Assembly (NCBI GenBank): GCA_963661675.1
Contig: CAVLCS010000001.1
Coordinates: 21,633-85,632 of the forward strand
Length of the DNA: 64,000 nucleotides
Reading direction: 5' to 3'
From: Bulleidia sp.
Lineage (GTDB): Bacteria; Bacillota; Clostridia; Oscillospirales; Butyricicoccaceae
Position 1 is the stretch's first letter. Each line of letters starts with the position of its first letter. Of this stretch, positions 38,708-48,171 are shown piece by piece. Both the position numbers and the translations under genes were made by a program. Under the pieces are notes generated by a model. The model was not told the origin of the DNA. It ran no database searches and was given only the letters and a program-made list of their open reading frames with translations.

Positions 38708-39892
38708 TTGGCTGGAAAGCGAAAAGATAAAAAGGGACGAATTTTACAGAAAAATGAGAGTGAACGCTCGGACGGGCGTTATCAGTACCGTTATACCGAT
38801 GTTTTCGGCAAGCGGCAGACAATTTACGCACCGACTCTGGATGAACTTCGTCAAAAGAAAAAAGAACTGCAGCGTGCACTGGATAACGGTGTCAGTTATT
38901 CCGGCGGAAAAATGACGGTCAATGCGCTGATTGAGCAATATCTCGTGCTGAAAAGCAAGAAATGCTACAACACGGTGACCACATATCAATCATGGGCGAA
39001 CAGTATCAGGCAGGAGCCATTCAGCCAGCGGCGTATCTGCGACATCAACAAGCAGGATGCCCAGCTGTGGTTTCGGAAGATGCAGGAAGCAGGCAAGGCA
39101 TACAGTACACTTTCTGCGTATAAAAAGCTGCTGAGACCGGCATTTGCAATGGCGGTTGACAGTAAACTGATTCTTCAGAATCCGTTTGATTTTCGTATGG
39201 ACAGCGCAGCTGCAAATGACACAGTGAAGCGCAATGCGCTGACAGACGAAGTGATCATCAGCTTGCTGAACTTTCTGAAAAATGACAAGCAGTATGCACG
39301 GTATTACGATGTATGCGTGGTGCTGCTGTACACAGGAATGCGGATCAGTGAGTTCTGCGGATTGACAACCTCAGACCTGGATTTTGAGCAGAGAACCATC
39401 CACATCAATAAACAGCTTCTCCGCAGAAATGACGGAAGCCGCTGCATTCAGAGAATGACCAAAACAAAGGCAGGAATGCGTACGATCGCTATGAGCGATA
39501 CAGTCTGCGAAAGCCTGCGCAATATGATCCGCAGGCGGGAAAAGTGCAGTGTATCTCCGATGATCGACCAGTGCGGCGGATTCCTGATGCTGACCAGACA
39601 AGGAAATCCTGTGGTGGCCTGCAATTTGGAAGTCCCGCTGAGAAAGGCCGTGGCAAAGTATAATGCAGAGTATCCGGAAAAGCCGCTGCCGCCCATCACA
39701 CCACATATATTTCGGCATACGTTTTGTAGTAATATGCTCAATGATGGCGTATCACTGCCGAATACACAGGCGATGATGGGGCACGAGAATCCGAATACAA
39801 CACTGGCGTATGCACATCCGGATGCAAAGCAGGCTATGGCTGAGATGGCGCGTATCAACAGGCAGCGGGAACAGGCTCGTGCAAGCGTGTGA
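38708..39892 (+). CDS. int: Tyrosine integrase, Tn916-like (TTG start)
   Basis: RKDKKGRIL...ESERSDGRYQYRY arm-binding domain; TGMRISE, HIFRHTF, MGH...Y catalytic residues intact. Confidence 0.92.
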   Translation: MAGKRKDKKGRILQKNESERSDGRYQYRYTDVFGKRQTIYAPTLDELRQKKKELQRALDNGVSYSGGKMTVNALIEQYLVLKSKKCYNTVTTYQSWANSIRQEPFSQRRICDINKQDAQLWFRKMQEAGKAYSTLSAYKKLLRPAFAMAVDSKLILQNPFDFRMDSAAANDTVKRNALTDEVIISLLNFLKNDKQYARYYDVCVVLLYTGMRISEFCGLTTSDLDFEQRTIHINKQLLRRNDGSRCIQRMTKTKAGMRTIAMSDTVCESLRNMIRRREKCSVSPMIDQCGGFLMLTRQGNPVVACNLEVPLRKAVAKYNAEYPEKPLPPITPHIFRHTFCSNMLNDGVSLPNTQAMMGHENPNTTLAYAHPDAKQAMAEMARINRQREQARASV

Positions 39893-39895
39893 ACC

Positions 39896-39914
39896 TGACA
39901 CCATTCTGACACCA
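39896..39914 (+). repeat. Integrase arm-type sites (right)
   Basis: TGACACCA at 39896 and 39907. Confidence 0.7.
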
Positions 39915-40060
39915 TTTGCCGGTGCAGATACGTGAAGATATGGAAAGTTATGGAATGTGCAGAATTTGCTGATTCGTGAATAGGTTGCGAAAAACAATGG
40001 TTCTGTGGGGAAATGCACATTTTATGCACGGGAAAATTTCAGAGAGAAATACCTGACTTG

Positions 40061-40076
40061 TTACAGATTGTTAATG
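40061..40076 (+). repeat. Right att core repeat
   Basis: TTACAGATTGTTAATG. Confidence 0.85.
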
Positions 40077-40137
40077 CTTTTTCCCCGAAAACGCGCTATA
40101 ATAAACTTAGACTACTATGGGAAAGCAGGGGAGAACT

Positions 40138-40818
40138 ATGCCCAAGAAGATATTGATCGTAGAGGACGAGGCCAACATCCGTGAGCTGCTGCGCCTGTAC
40201 CTGGAGCGCGAAGGCTACACGGTGCTCGAGGCCGAAAACGGCGTGGAAGGCATCAAAAAGTGGAAGTCGGACAAGCCGGACATGCTGCTGCTCGACGTGA
40301 TGATGCCGGTGATGGACGGCTGGGCGGTCTGCAAGGAGATCCGCATGGAGAGCGACGTACCGATCATCATGCTGACGGCCAAAGGCGAGACCGCGGACCG
40401 TGTTTCCGGTCTGGAGATGGGCGCGGACGACTACATCGTCAAGCCGCTCGAAATGCCGGAGGTCATCGCGCGTGTGCGTGCGGTATTCCGCCGCATGGCA
40501 CCGGACGATGCGCCTGAGAAGCTGTCGTTCGACAACCTGGTGATCGACAAGCAGGCGTACGATCTGGTTATCAACGGAAAGCGCGTGGATGCGCCGCCGA
40601 AGGAGATCGAGCTGCTGTACTTCCTCGCGTCCAGTCCGAACCGCGTATTTACCCGAGCACAGCTGCTCGACGATGTATGGGGATTCGACTATTTCGGTGA
40701 CACGCGAACGGTTGACGTGCATGTCAAGCGTCTGCGTGAAAAACTGGAGGGCGTTTCGGACAAGTGGGAGCTGAAAACCGTCTGGGGTGTCGGCTACAAG
40801 TTCGAGACCAAGGAGTAA
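40138..40818 (+). CDS. OmpR/PhoB-family response regulator
   Basis: ILIVEDE, LLDVMMP, MLTAK, RTVDVHVKRLREK, TVWGVGYKF. Confidence 0.93.
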   Translation: MPKKILIVEDEANIRELLRLYLEREGYTVLEAENGVEGIKKWKSDKPDMLLLDVMMPVMDGWAVCKEIRMESDVPIIMLTAKGETADRVSGLEMGADDYIVKPLEMPEVIARVRAVFRRMAPDDAPEKLSFDNLVIDKQAYDLVINGKRVDAPPKEIELLYFLASSPNRVFTRAQLLDDVWGFDYFGDTRTVDVHVKRLREKLEGVSDKWELKTVWGVGYKFETKE

Positions 40819-40821
40819 GCC

Positions 40822-42273
40822 ATGGGCAGACGCAGTTTTTTCTTTAAGGACTATGTGGCCCATCTGATTCTGATCGTGTGCGCGTTTGCGCTTGCAGGCG
40901 GTGTATTCTGCCACCAGATGAGCAATTACGCGCTGCACGCCAAGCAGACCGAACTCCGCACGACCGTGCAGAGTCTTGCTGAGCAGAGCAAGCTGCTTGA
41001 GGGCACGGACTCGGACGTTATCCGTCAGATCTACATGCTGTCCATCGCACGTCTGGCGAAGGAGGATGAGCTGACCGTGCTCATCACGGATGCGGACGGC
41101 AACATCGAAATGGGTGCCAAGCCGGACGGCACGACCTATACCTTGCCCGGCTATCACATCTCGAGCGAAGTGGTCGAGGAGATGAAGAAAACCGGCAGTT
41201 ATGCGTCGGTCGGGTCGCTCGGCGTGCTGAGTGAGTCCTCGTTTTATACGGTGGGCACCTGCGTCAACAATGAGGACGGCGACCCAGAGGTGATGATCTT
41301 CGTTTCCACGCAGGACCCGAACTCGGCAGGTGTGGTGCGCCACTCGACGCAGACAATGGTGCTTATCCTGTTGGCTACACTGGCGCTCATGCTCATCGTT
41401 TCGTTCATCATTTCGCAGCACTTTACGCGCCCGCTCAAGACCATTGCGGCGGCCGCCAAGGAATTTGCGGGCGGCAACTTCGACGTGCGCGTGCCCGAGG
41501 ACAACAAGTGCTACGAGATTGACGAACTGGCCGTCTCGTTCAACAACATGGCAAGCGACCTCGACCAGCTTGAGGAATTGACCCGCGGCTTCATTTCCAA
41601 CGTCAGCCACGAGTTCAAGACCCCGATGACGACCATCGGCGGCTTCGTGGACGGCATGATCGACGGCACGATTCCGCTCGACCAGCGCGATAAATACCTG
41701 AAAATCATCGCCGAGGAGACCAAACGCCTGTCCCGCATGGTAAACCGTATGCTCGATGCGGCAAAAATCCAGTCCGGCGAGTTGATCCTCAGTCCGGCAC
41801 CGTTCGACTTTACCGAAATGACGGCGCAGATCCTGCTCTCGTTCGAGCAGAAGATTGAGAAAAAGAAGCTGGACGTGCAGTGCGACCTCGACGAACGTCT
41901 GACCGTCATGGGCGACCGCGACCACCTGTACCGTGCGGTGTACAACCTGACCGATAATGCGGTCAAGTTCATCGAGGACGGCGGCACATTGAAGCTGAAA
42001 GTCCATCAGGAGGGTCAGATGTGCGTGTTCGCCATCAGCAACACCGGCATCGGCATCTCGGCGGAGGATTTGCCGCATGTGTTCGACCGCTTCTACAAGA
42101 CCGACCGTTCGCGCTCGATGGATAAGACCGGCGCCGGTCTCGGCCTGTACATTGTGAAGAACATCATCAACCTGCACGGCGGCGAGATCTCCGTCCGCTC
42201 GGACGGCGGCGAAACCGAGTTTGAGTTCACTCTGCCGCTCGCACCGGAGCAGAATCGGCCCAATAATACTTGA
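40822..42273 (+). CDS. HAMP sensor histidine kinase
   Basis: Two TM segments, HAMP, NVSHEFKTP, NLTDNAVK, GAGLGL. Confidence 0.93.
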   Translation: MGRRSFFFKDYVAHLILIVCAFALAGGVFCHQMSNYALHAKQTELRTTVQSLAEQSKLLEGTDSDVIRQIYMLSIARLAKEDELTVLITDADGNIEMGAKPDGTTYTLPGYHISSEVVEEMKKTGSYASVGSLGVLSESSFYTVGTCVNNEDGDPEVMIFVSTQDPNSAGVVRHSTQTMVLILLATLALMLIVSFIISQHFTRPLKTIAAAAKEFAGGNFDVRVPEDNKCYEIDELAVSFNNMASDLDQLEELTRGFISNVSHEFKTPMTTIGGFVDGMIDGTIPLDQRDKYLKIIAEETKRLSRMVNRMLDAAKIQSGELILSPAPFDFTEMTAQILLSFEQKIEKKKLDVQCDLDERLTVMGDRDHLYRAVYNLTDNAVKFIEDGGTLKLKVHQEGQMCVFAISNTGIGISAEDLPHVFDRFYKTDRSRSMDKTGAGLGLYIVKNIINLHGGEISVRSDGGETEFEFTLPLAPEQNRPNNT

Positions 42274-42343
42274 TTTTGAAACTTCCACGGACTAAAATGG
42301 TCTGTGGAAGTTTTTGCTTATTGTGTACCTGCTACACGGAACC

Positions 42344-42382
42344 TTGACATAGTGTTCAAAAATTATTCATATTGTTTTCAAC
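42344..42382 (+). promoter_or_regulatory. Four 11-bp-phased direct repeats, candidate response-regulator boxes for htrA
   Basis: TTGACA 42344, TTCAAA 42355, TTCATA 42366, TTCAAC 42377. Confidence 0.5.
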
Positions 42383-42468
42383 AAACTACCACATTGAGAA
42401 ACTATGATAGAGTCATCAACAGAGGGAACGGTAAAACGAATCCCGAATAACGACAGGAGGTCAATATC

Positions 42469-44070
42469 ATGGACGACTTCAACATGAACAACAACACACC
42501 GCTGAACAACAGCGATCAGAATAACGAACAGCCGACCGCTGAAAACCCGAACACCATGCCGCAGAATGAGCAGCCTGCACAGGCTCCGCAGAGCGAGCAG
42601 CCGATGCAGCAGCCGCAGGCGGAACAGACCGCCGAAACGGCTCCGCAGAGCGAGCAGCCGACCGAGCAGGCACCGCAGAACGACCAGCCGCAGGCCGAAG
42701 AGCCGCGCACGCCGTTCCAGACGCCGGTGCAGCATCCGGAGTTCCATCAGCCGCAGCAGCAGACCGGCTTCGGCGAGGTTCCGCCGATGAGCCAGAAGCC
42801 GCACACCCCGAAGAACAAAAAGCACAGCAGAGGTTTAGCACTCGGCCTGTGCGGCGTAGCAGCAGCGTGCCTGCTGTTTGCAGGCGGTGCCGTTGTCGGC
42901 AATATGGCGTTCACCGGCAGTGCGAACAGCGATTCGAGCACGACGGCTTCCACCTCGGATTCCACGCCGACGCTGCAGATCAACAGCAAGCCGACCTCGG
43001 ATTCGTCCAGCTCGGCGGATAACTACGACACCACGGACGGCATGGCCGGTGAGGACATCTACAAAAAGGTAAGTCCATCGGTCGTATCCGTCATCTCCAC
43101 TACGGCTGACGGTACGGGCAGCGGCTCGGGCGTCATCATGAGCAGCGACGGCTACATCATCACCAACAACCACGTTGTCGCGGATGCCCAGTCGGTTTCC
43201 GTACAGCTGAGCGACGGCACCTCTCTCGATGCCGAGATCGTCGGCACGGACGAGCAGACCGACCTGGCGGTCATCAAGGTCAATCCGACTACCGAGTTGA
43301 CTGCCGCTGAGTTCGGTGACTCGGATGAGTTGGAGCCGGGCGAGTACGCATACGCTATCGGTTCTCCCGGTGGTGTGCAGTTTGCGAACACCATCACCGG
43401 CGGCCGTATTTCCGCCATCAACCGCGATCTGACCGTCAATGACCGTGTTATGACGCTCATTCAGACCGATGCGTCCATCAACAACGGCAACTCCGGCGGC
43501 GCACTCATCAATAAGTACGGACAGGTCGTCGGCATCACGTCCGCAAAGCTGTCCGGCAACGCATTCGGCAGCGCCACCGTTGAGGGCATGGGTTTCGCCA
43601 TCCCGATCAACACCGCCAAGGACATTGTTGACGAGCTCATCCAGAACGGTTACGTTTCCGGCCGTCCGTCCATCGGCATCACCGGCCAGAACGTCGAGTC
43701 CTCGGACGGCAAGGTGTCCGGCGTGCAGGTATATTCGATCGACTCCCGCGCTAAGGCTGCAAGCGAAGGTCTGCAGGTCGGCGATGTGATCACCGCTGTT
43801 GACGGTACCCCGACCCCGACCATGGACGAGGTAAACACGCTCAAGCAGGATAAGAAGGCCGGCGATAAGCTGACGCTGAGCGTATACCGCATCTCGACCG
43901 GCAAGACGCTCAATATCACCATCACGCTGACCGACTCGCATGACCTCGAGGGCGACGACCCGAACGCCCAGACCCAGCAGAGCCAGAGCAGCCAGAATGA
44001 TAATTCGCAGCAGAATGACGGCTATGGCAGCTATGGGTTCTCCAGTCCGTTTGGTTCGTTTGGCTGGTAA
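42469..44070 (+). CDS. htrA: HtrA/DegP serine protease with PDZ; Q/E/P-repeat N-terminus
   Basis: GSGSGVI, TNNHVV, TDLAVIK, QTDASINNGNSGG, PDZ GLQVGDVI. Confidence 0.92.
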   Translation: MDDFNMNNNTPLNNSDQNNEQPTAENPNTMPQNEQPAQAPQSEQPMQQPQAEQTAETAPQSEQPTEQAPQNDQPQAEEPRTPFQTPVQHPEFHQPQQQTGFGEVPPMSQKPHTPKNKKHSRGLALGLCGVAAACLLFAGGAVVGNMAFTGSANSDSSTTASTSDSTPTLQINSKPTSDSSSSADNYDTTDGMAGEDIYKKVSPSVVSVISTTADGTGSGSGVIMSSDGYIITNNHVVADAQSVSVQLSDGTSLDAEIVGTDEQTDLAVIKVNPTTELTAAEFGDSDELEPGEYAYAIGSPGGVQFANTITGGRISAINRDLTVNDRVMTLIQTDASINNGNSGGALINKYGQVVGITSAKLSGNAFGSATVEGMGFAIPINTAKDIVDELIQNGYVSGRPSIGITGQNVESSDGKVSGVQVYSIDSRAKAASEGLQVGDVITAVDGTPTPTMDEVNTLKQDKKAGDKLTLSVYRISTGKTLNITITLTDSHDLEGDDPNAQTQQSQSSQNDNSQQNDGYGSYGFSSPFGSFGW

Positions 44071-44071
44071 A

Positions 44072-44460
44072 ATAATGGAGAATTGAAAATGGAGAATGGA
44101 GAATTGGCCAGATGGTCATCCATTCTCCATTTTTTTCATAGAGCGGTGTCGTGTAGGGCGGGATGACCCCATCCCGCCGTATGTAAATTCATATGCAACA
44201 TCTATCCCGTAGGGGAGGCCATTGGCCTCCCACGTTGCGGTTAAACGGATGCGTGGGCGACCAATGGTCGCCCCTACGATATAAATTGTGCAGACCGGAT
44301 AGAAACGGCGGGATGAGGTCATCCCGCCCTACGGTAGAACGTGTACAACGATAAAAAACGCAGACCCATGATTACAGGTCTGCGTTTTGTTTCATTTAGA
44401 ATGAAGAAATGAAAAATGAACTAATTCTCCATTCTCCATTCTCAATTTTCAATTTTCAAT
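44072..44460. repeat. Heptad inverted arms around a four-REP composite and a terminator
   Basis: AATGGAG/AATTGAA heptads at 44072-44137 and 44398-44460; REPs at 44153, 44209 (forward), ending 44277, 44332 (reverse). Confidence 0.8.
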
Positions 44461-45662
44461 TACTTCCCATACTGTTCCGTTAATTGCTGGCTAATAAACT
44501 GTCTTGCGGTACGCGGCGAACGGCCGTTGCGGCGCAGCGCAAAGCGCTCGGCAAGCAGATGCAGCTCGTCAATATCGAGGTTGAGTTCGTTCTCCTTAGC
44601 CAGCTGCTCAACGATGTACAGATACTCGTCCTTATCCGGCACGGAGAAGGTGATCTCCAGACCAAAACGGTCGGACAGCGAGGTAACCGTCTCGAGGGTA
44701 TCGCGCACGCGGACTTCATCGCCTTGACGGTCGGCCATGCTCTCGCGGATGAGGTGACGGCGGTTGGACGTTGCGTAAATGACCAGATTGGACGGCTTTC
44801 CGGCCAGACCGCCCTCGATGAAGGCCTTGAGCGCGGCAAAGTTGTCGTCCTCACTGCTGAAGGTGAGGTCGTCGAGGAACACGATAAAGCGGAACGGCGA
44901 ACGCAGGGTCTGCTCGAACAGCTTGGGGAAGTTGGTGATGTGCCGCGGCGACATCTCGATGATCTTCAGACCGCGGTCGGCGTACTCGTTGGCAACGGCC
45001 TTGACGGTCGAGGACTTGCCGGTACCCTTGTCGCCGTAGAGCAGGATGTTGTTCGCGTCGCGTCCGTCGAGGAAGGCGAGCGTGTTCTTGAGGATTTTCT
45101 CCTTCTGCATCTCGTAACCCGGCAGGTCGTGCAGGCGGATAGCGTCCGGGTGAACGATCGGCGTAGCCGAGCCGTCGTCCTGCATGGCAAACGCCGAGGA
45201 CTGCGCAAAAAAGCCGTAGCCTTCCTCACGGTAGTAGTCGGCCAGAGCCGCACCGGTGGAGAACGGAAGCGAATCCGCGGCTTCAAAGTCCGGCAGGTCC
45301 TCGAGAGCAGGCTCATAGAACTTGTCCGCTGCCGCGGACTTGAAGGCTTCGCCGTCGAGTGCAAGCAGGGTGTTCAGCACGTCCAGATCGTGGGTGGCCG
45401 CGTTGAGCACAGCCGCCTCGGGTGCGTTGATGGTGTCGGTCAGCGTGTTGGTGTCAAAGTGCACCGCATCGAGCACCGCCTGTGCGATATCGCCGCAGGA
45501 AAAGCGGGTCGCGCACAGTGCGCCGTAGCGGTCGGCAAAGTCGGCCGCCGTGCCGTCGAGCGCGGTCAGCGTGTCGCCGTAGGCGCGTACCAGCGGGTGA
45601 GAAAGCAGTCCGCGCAGCACGGAAAGCGCACGCAGACGCAGGGAAAGGGCAGAAAGCTCCAT
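44460..45662 (-). CDS. DUF815-family AAA+ ATPase
   Basis: NNILLYGDKGTGKSS, FIVFLDDL, YATSNRRHL, SLSDRFGL, GRSPRTARQF. Confidence 0.88.
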   Translation of the reverse strand: MELSALSLRLRALSVLRGLLSHPLVRAYGDTLTALDGTAADFADRYGALCATRFSCGDIAQAVLDAVHFDTNTLTDTINAPEAAVLNAATHDLDVLNTLLALDGEAFKSAAADKFYEPALEDLPDFEAADSLPFSTGAALADYYREEGYGFFAQSSAFAMQDDGSATPIVHPDAIRLHDLPGYEMQKEKILKNTLAFLDGRDANNILLYGDKGTGKSSTVKAVANEYADRGLKIIEMSPRHITNFPKLFEQTLRSPFRFIVFLDDLTFSSEDDNFAALKAFIEGGLAGKPSNLVIYATSNRRHLIRESMADRQGDEVRVRDTLETVTSLSDRFGLEITFSVPDKDEYLYIVEQLAKENELNLDIDELHLLAERFALRRNGRSPRTARQFISQQLTEQYGK

Positions 45663-45790
45663 TGTTTTCAACTCCAGTCAGGATTGTAGTCTTTAACCTT
45701 TTTAGGATAGCACACTTTTCTTCTCATTTCAACATAGTATGAGGGGAGAAAGCATGCGTTTCTCAGATTTGGGAGGGGAGGAGTGCCCTT

Positions 45791-46018
45791 ATGGGCAGTT
45801 ATGCGCTTTTAATTTGCCGCAGCCAGACCGAGGCCATCGGTCTCCGGCGGCATTTGGCGCGGCTGGGTGTGCCGGGAGAGGTCACACGTCCGCCGCGGCA
45901 CGAACGAACCGAATCCTGCGGATGGGCCGTGCGCGTGAGCGCAAGCCAGGCGGACTGGGCCGCACAGCGTCTGTGGCAGCTTGGCATGCAGCCGTGCCGC
46001 GTGCTGCGGGAGGACTGA
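45791..46018 (+). CDS. DUF3343-like small protein
   Basis: RSQTEA...TRPP...ESCGWAVRV; directly before a cysteine desulfurase-like gene. Confidence 0.6.
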   Translation: MGSYALLICRSQTEAIGLRRHLARLGVPGEVTRPPRHERTESCGWAVRVSASQADWAAQRLWQLGMQPCRVLRED

Positions 46019-46019
46019 C

Positions 46020-47147
46020 ATGATCTATCTGGATAATGCGGCCACCACCTTATATAAGCCGCGGGCGGTCGAGCAGGCGGTACGCAAGGCGATGTACAGC
46101 GCGGCAGGCTACGCCAGAGGCGGCTACGCGGCCGCAAATCGAGCGGGAGAGCTAGTGTACGCCTGCCGGGAGCAGGCAGCGGCGCTGTTCGGGGTAAGTC
46201 AGCCCGAGCGCGTCATCTTCACGCTGAACGCCACACACGCGCTGAATATTGCAATAAATGCTCTGGTTGAGCCGGATTCTTGCGTCATTGTGAGCGGTTA
46301 CGAGCACAATGCGGTCATGCGGCCGCTGACGGCTCGGCATATCGAGCCGACCGTGCTGCACACGCCGCTGTGGGACAGTGCGGCGATGGTTTCCGCGCTG
46401 AAAACGGCACTGGACAAAGGTGCCGACCTGATGATACTGAACCACGTTTCCAACGTGTTCGGCAGCATTGCGCCGCTCGATGAGATCGCCGAGTTGCTGA
46501 CAGCAGCAGGCGTGCCGCTCCTGTTGGATGCGTCGCAGTCGGCGGGTGTGGTCGAGATCGACGTCAAGCGCTATCCGTGTCTGGCGGCAGTCGCCATGCC
46601 CGGACACAAGGCGCTGTACGGACCGATGGGCACGGGCATTTTGCTCGCCCTCGACGACCGGATAGCCGCGCAGCCGCTGCTGACCGGCGGCACCGGCAGT
46701 CTCTCCGAGGAGATGCGGCAGCCGGACTTCCTGCCGGATGCGCTCGAGAGCGGCACGCCGAACGTGCCCGGTATCGCCGGACTGGCCGCCGGAATTGCCT
46801 TCGTGCGGGCAGTCACACCCGAGCATATTGCGCAGCAGGAGAGACGGCTGGTGCACGAACTGGTCCGTACACTCTCGCGGGAGAGCAAAATCGAGTGCTT
46901 TGCCGGAAAAGAACAGACCGGTGTGCTGTCTTTCCGCGTTGCAGGCACGCCGAGTGAAGTACTTGCGGATATGCTCTCGAACGAGGGCGTGTGCACCCGA
47001 GCCGGACTGCACTGTGCGCCTCTGGCTCACCGGACGGCGGGCACGGAGGACACCGGAACCGTGCGGCTGTCCCTGTCGTTCTACTCGACCGCCCGCCAGA
47101 TGGAGCAGGCCGCAGAGAAGGTTTGCAAATTGGTAAAAAAACTGTGA
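46020..47147 (+). CDS. Cysteine desulfurase-like class V aminotransferase
   Basis: YLDNAATT, EHNAV, DASQSAG, PGHKALYGP, ESGTPN, RAGLHCAP. Confidence 0.88.
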   Translation: MIYLDNAATTLYKPRAVEQAVRKAMYSAAGYARGGYAAANRAGELVYACREQAAALFGVSQPERVIFTLNATHALNIAINALVEPDSCVIVSGYEHNAVMRPLTARHIEPTVLHTPLWDSAAMVSALKTALDKGADLMILNHVSNVFGSIAPLDEIAELLTAAGVPLLLDASQSAGVVEIDVKRYPCLAAVAMPGHKALYGPMGTGILLALDDRIAAQPLLTGGTGSLSEEMRQPDFLPDALESGTPNVPGIAGLAAGIAFVRAVTPEHIAQQERRLVHELVRTLSRESKIECFAGKEQTGVLSFRVAGTPSEVLADMLSNEGVCTRAGLHCAPLAHRTAGTEDTGTVRLSLSFYSTARQMEQAAEKVCKLVKKL

Positions 47148-47262
47148 ACATGCTATACAGAAAGATGGATTTGTGGTAGTATAAGTAAGGTTAAACACGG
47201 CGTTTGCGCAACATCGCGAATGCCCGCGAATAAATGAGGAACAAGTTAGGATAGGTGACGAA

Positions 47263-48171
47263 ATGGGAGCGTTGCAAAATTTATTTTCACCGAACTTATC
47301 ATGGCAGTCCGTGGTAAGTTCGTTCTTCAGTATGTTCGACCAGTTTCGAACCATGTCGCCGATCGACGTGGTGGATATCCTGATCGTAGCGTACATCATT
47401 TACCGTGTCATGAAGCTGCTCAAGGACACGAGCGCGGCTCGACTGGCCAAGGGTATCCTCATCCTTGCGCTCATCATGCTGTTCGCGAGTGTGCTGCATC
47501 TGACCATGATCTCGTGGCTGCTGCGCAATGTGCTGGGCGTCGGTGCATTCGCACTGGTCGTTATCTTTCAGCCGGAGCTGCGCCGTCTGCTCGAGCAGAT
47601 CGGCAAGGGCAACCTCAGCCGCATGCTCATCCCGGATACCGACCCGGACGTGGTCGAGAGCATGATCGTCGCAACGGTTTCCGCGTGCGCGGATATGTCC
47701 AAGACCAAGACCGGTGCCCTGATCGTGTTCGAGCGCAAGGAGCGTCTCGGCGAAATTATCGCCACCGGCACGAGAGTGGATGCGGCGCCGTCCGCCGAAC
47801 TCATCAAGAACATTTTCTTCAAAAACAGTCCGCTGCATGACGGTGCGATGATCGTCCGCGCCGGACGTGTGTGCGCTGCAGGCTGCGTGCTGCCGCTCTC
47901 CGGCAACCAGGGTCTGTCGCGTGATCTGGGTACGCGCCACCGTGCGGCTGTCGGCATGAGCGAAAGTGCGGACAGCGTGCTCGTTGTCGTCTCTGAGGAG
48001 ACCGGCGCCATCTCGGTCGCCATCGGCGGCATGCTCAAGCGTCATCTGTCGCCTGAGGTGCTGCAGAAGATGCTCGAAAGCGAGCTGCTCGGCGATGAAG
48101 CCAAGGCCAAGAATGAAAAGAGCCGTATTGCCGCCATCCGCGACAAGTGGAAGGGAGGTGCCGGCAAGTGA
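47263..48171 (+). CDS. cdaA: Diadenylate cyclase
   Basis: VIFQPELRR, PLHDGA, LGTRHRAA, VSEETG. Confidence 0.93.
   Translation: MGALQNLFSPNLSWQSVVSSFFSMFDQFRTMSPIDVVDILIVAYIIYRVMKLLKDTSAARLAKGILILALIMLFASVLHLTMISWLLRNVLGVGAFALVVIFQPELRRLLEQIGKGNLSRMLIPDTDPDVVESMIVATVSACADMSKTKTGALIVFERKERLGEIIATGTRVDAAPSAELIKNIFFKNSPLHDGAMIVRAGRVCAAGCVLPLSGNQGLSRDLGTRHRAAVGMSESADSVLVVVSEETGAISVAIGGMLKRHLSPEVLQKMLESELLGDEAKAKNEKSRIAAIRDKWKGGAGK

Larger units (their letters stand above)
34096..40076 (+). mobile_element. ~6-kb integrated element (Int/Xis/RepA_N plus lipoprotein cargo)
   Basis: Flanking 16-bp direct repeat TTACAGATTGTTAATG; TGACACCA arm repeats at both ends; visibly more AT-rich than flanks. Confidence 0.88.

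Noticed and set aside
34096..40076. Prophage, complete ICE, or tRNA-targeted island
   Set aside because: No structural, terminase, type IV secretion or relaxase genes, and no tRNA at either att repeat
42550..42700. DNA repeat element within htrA
   Set aside because: In-frame low-complexity PQ(S/N/A)EQP peptide repeats of a disordered N-terminus
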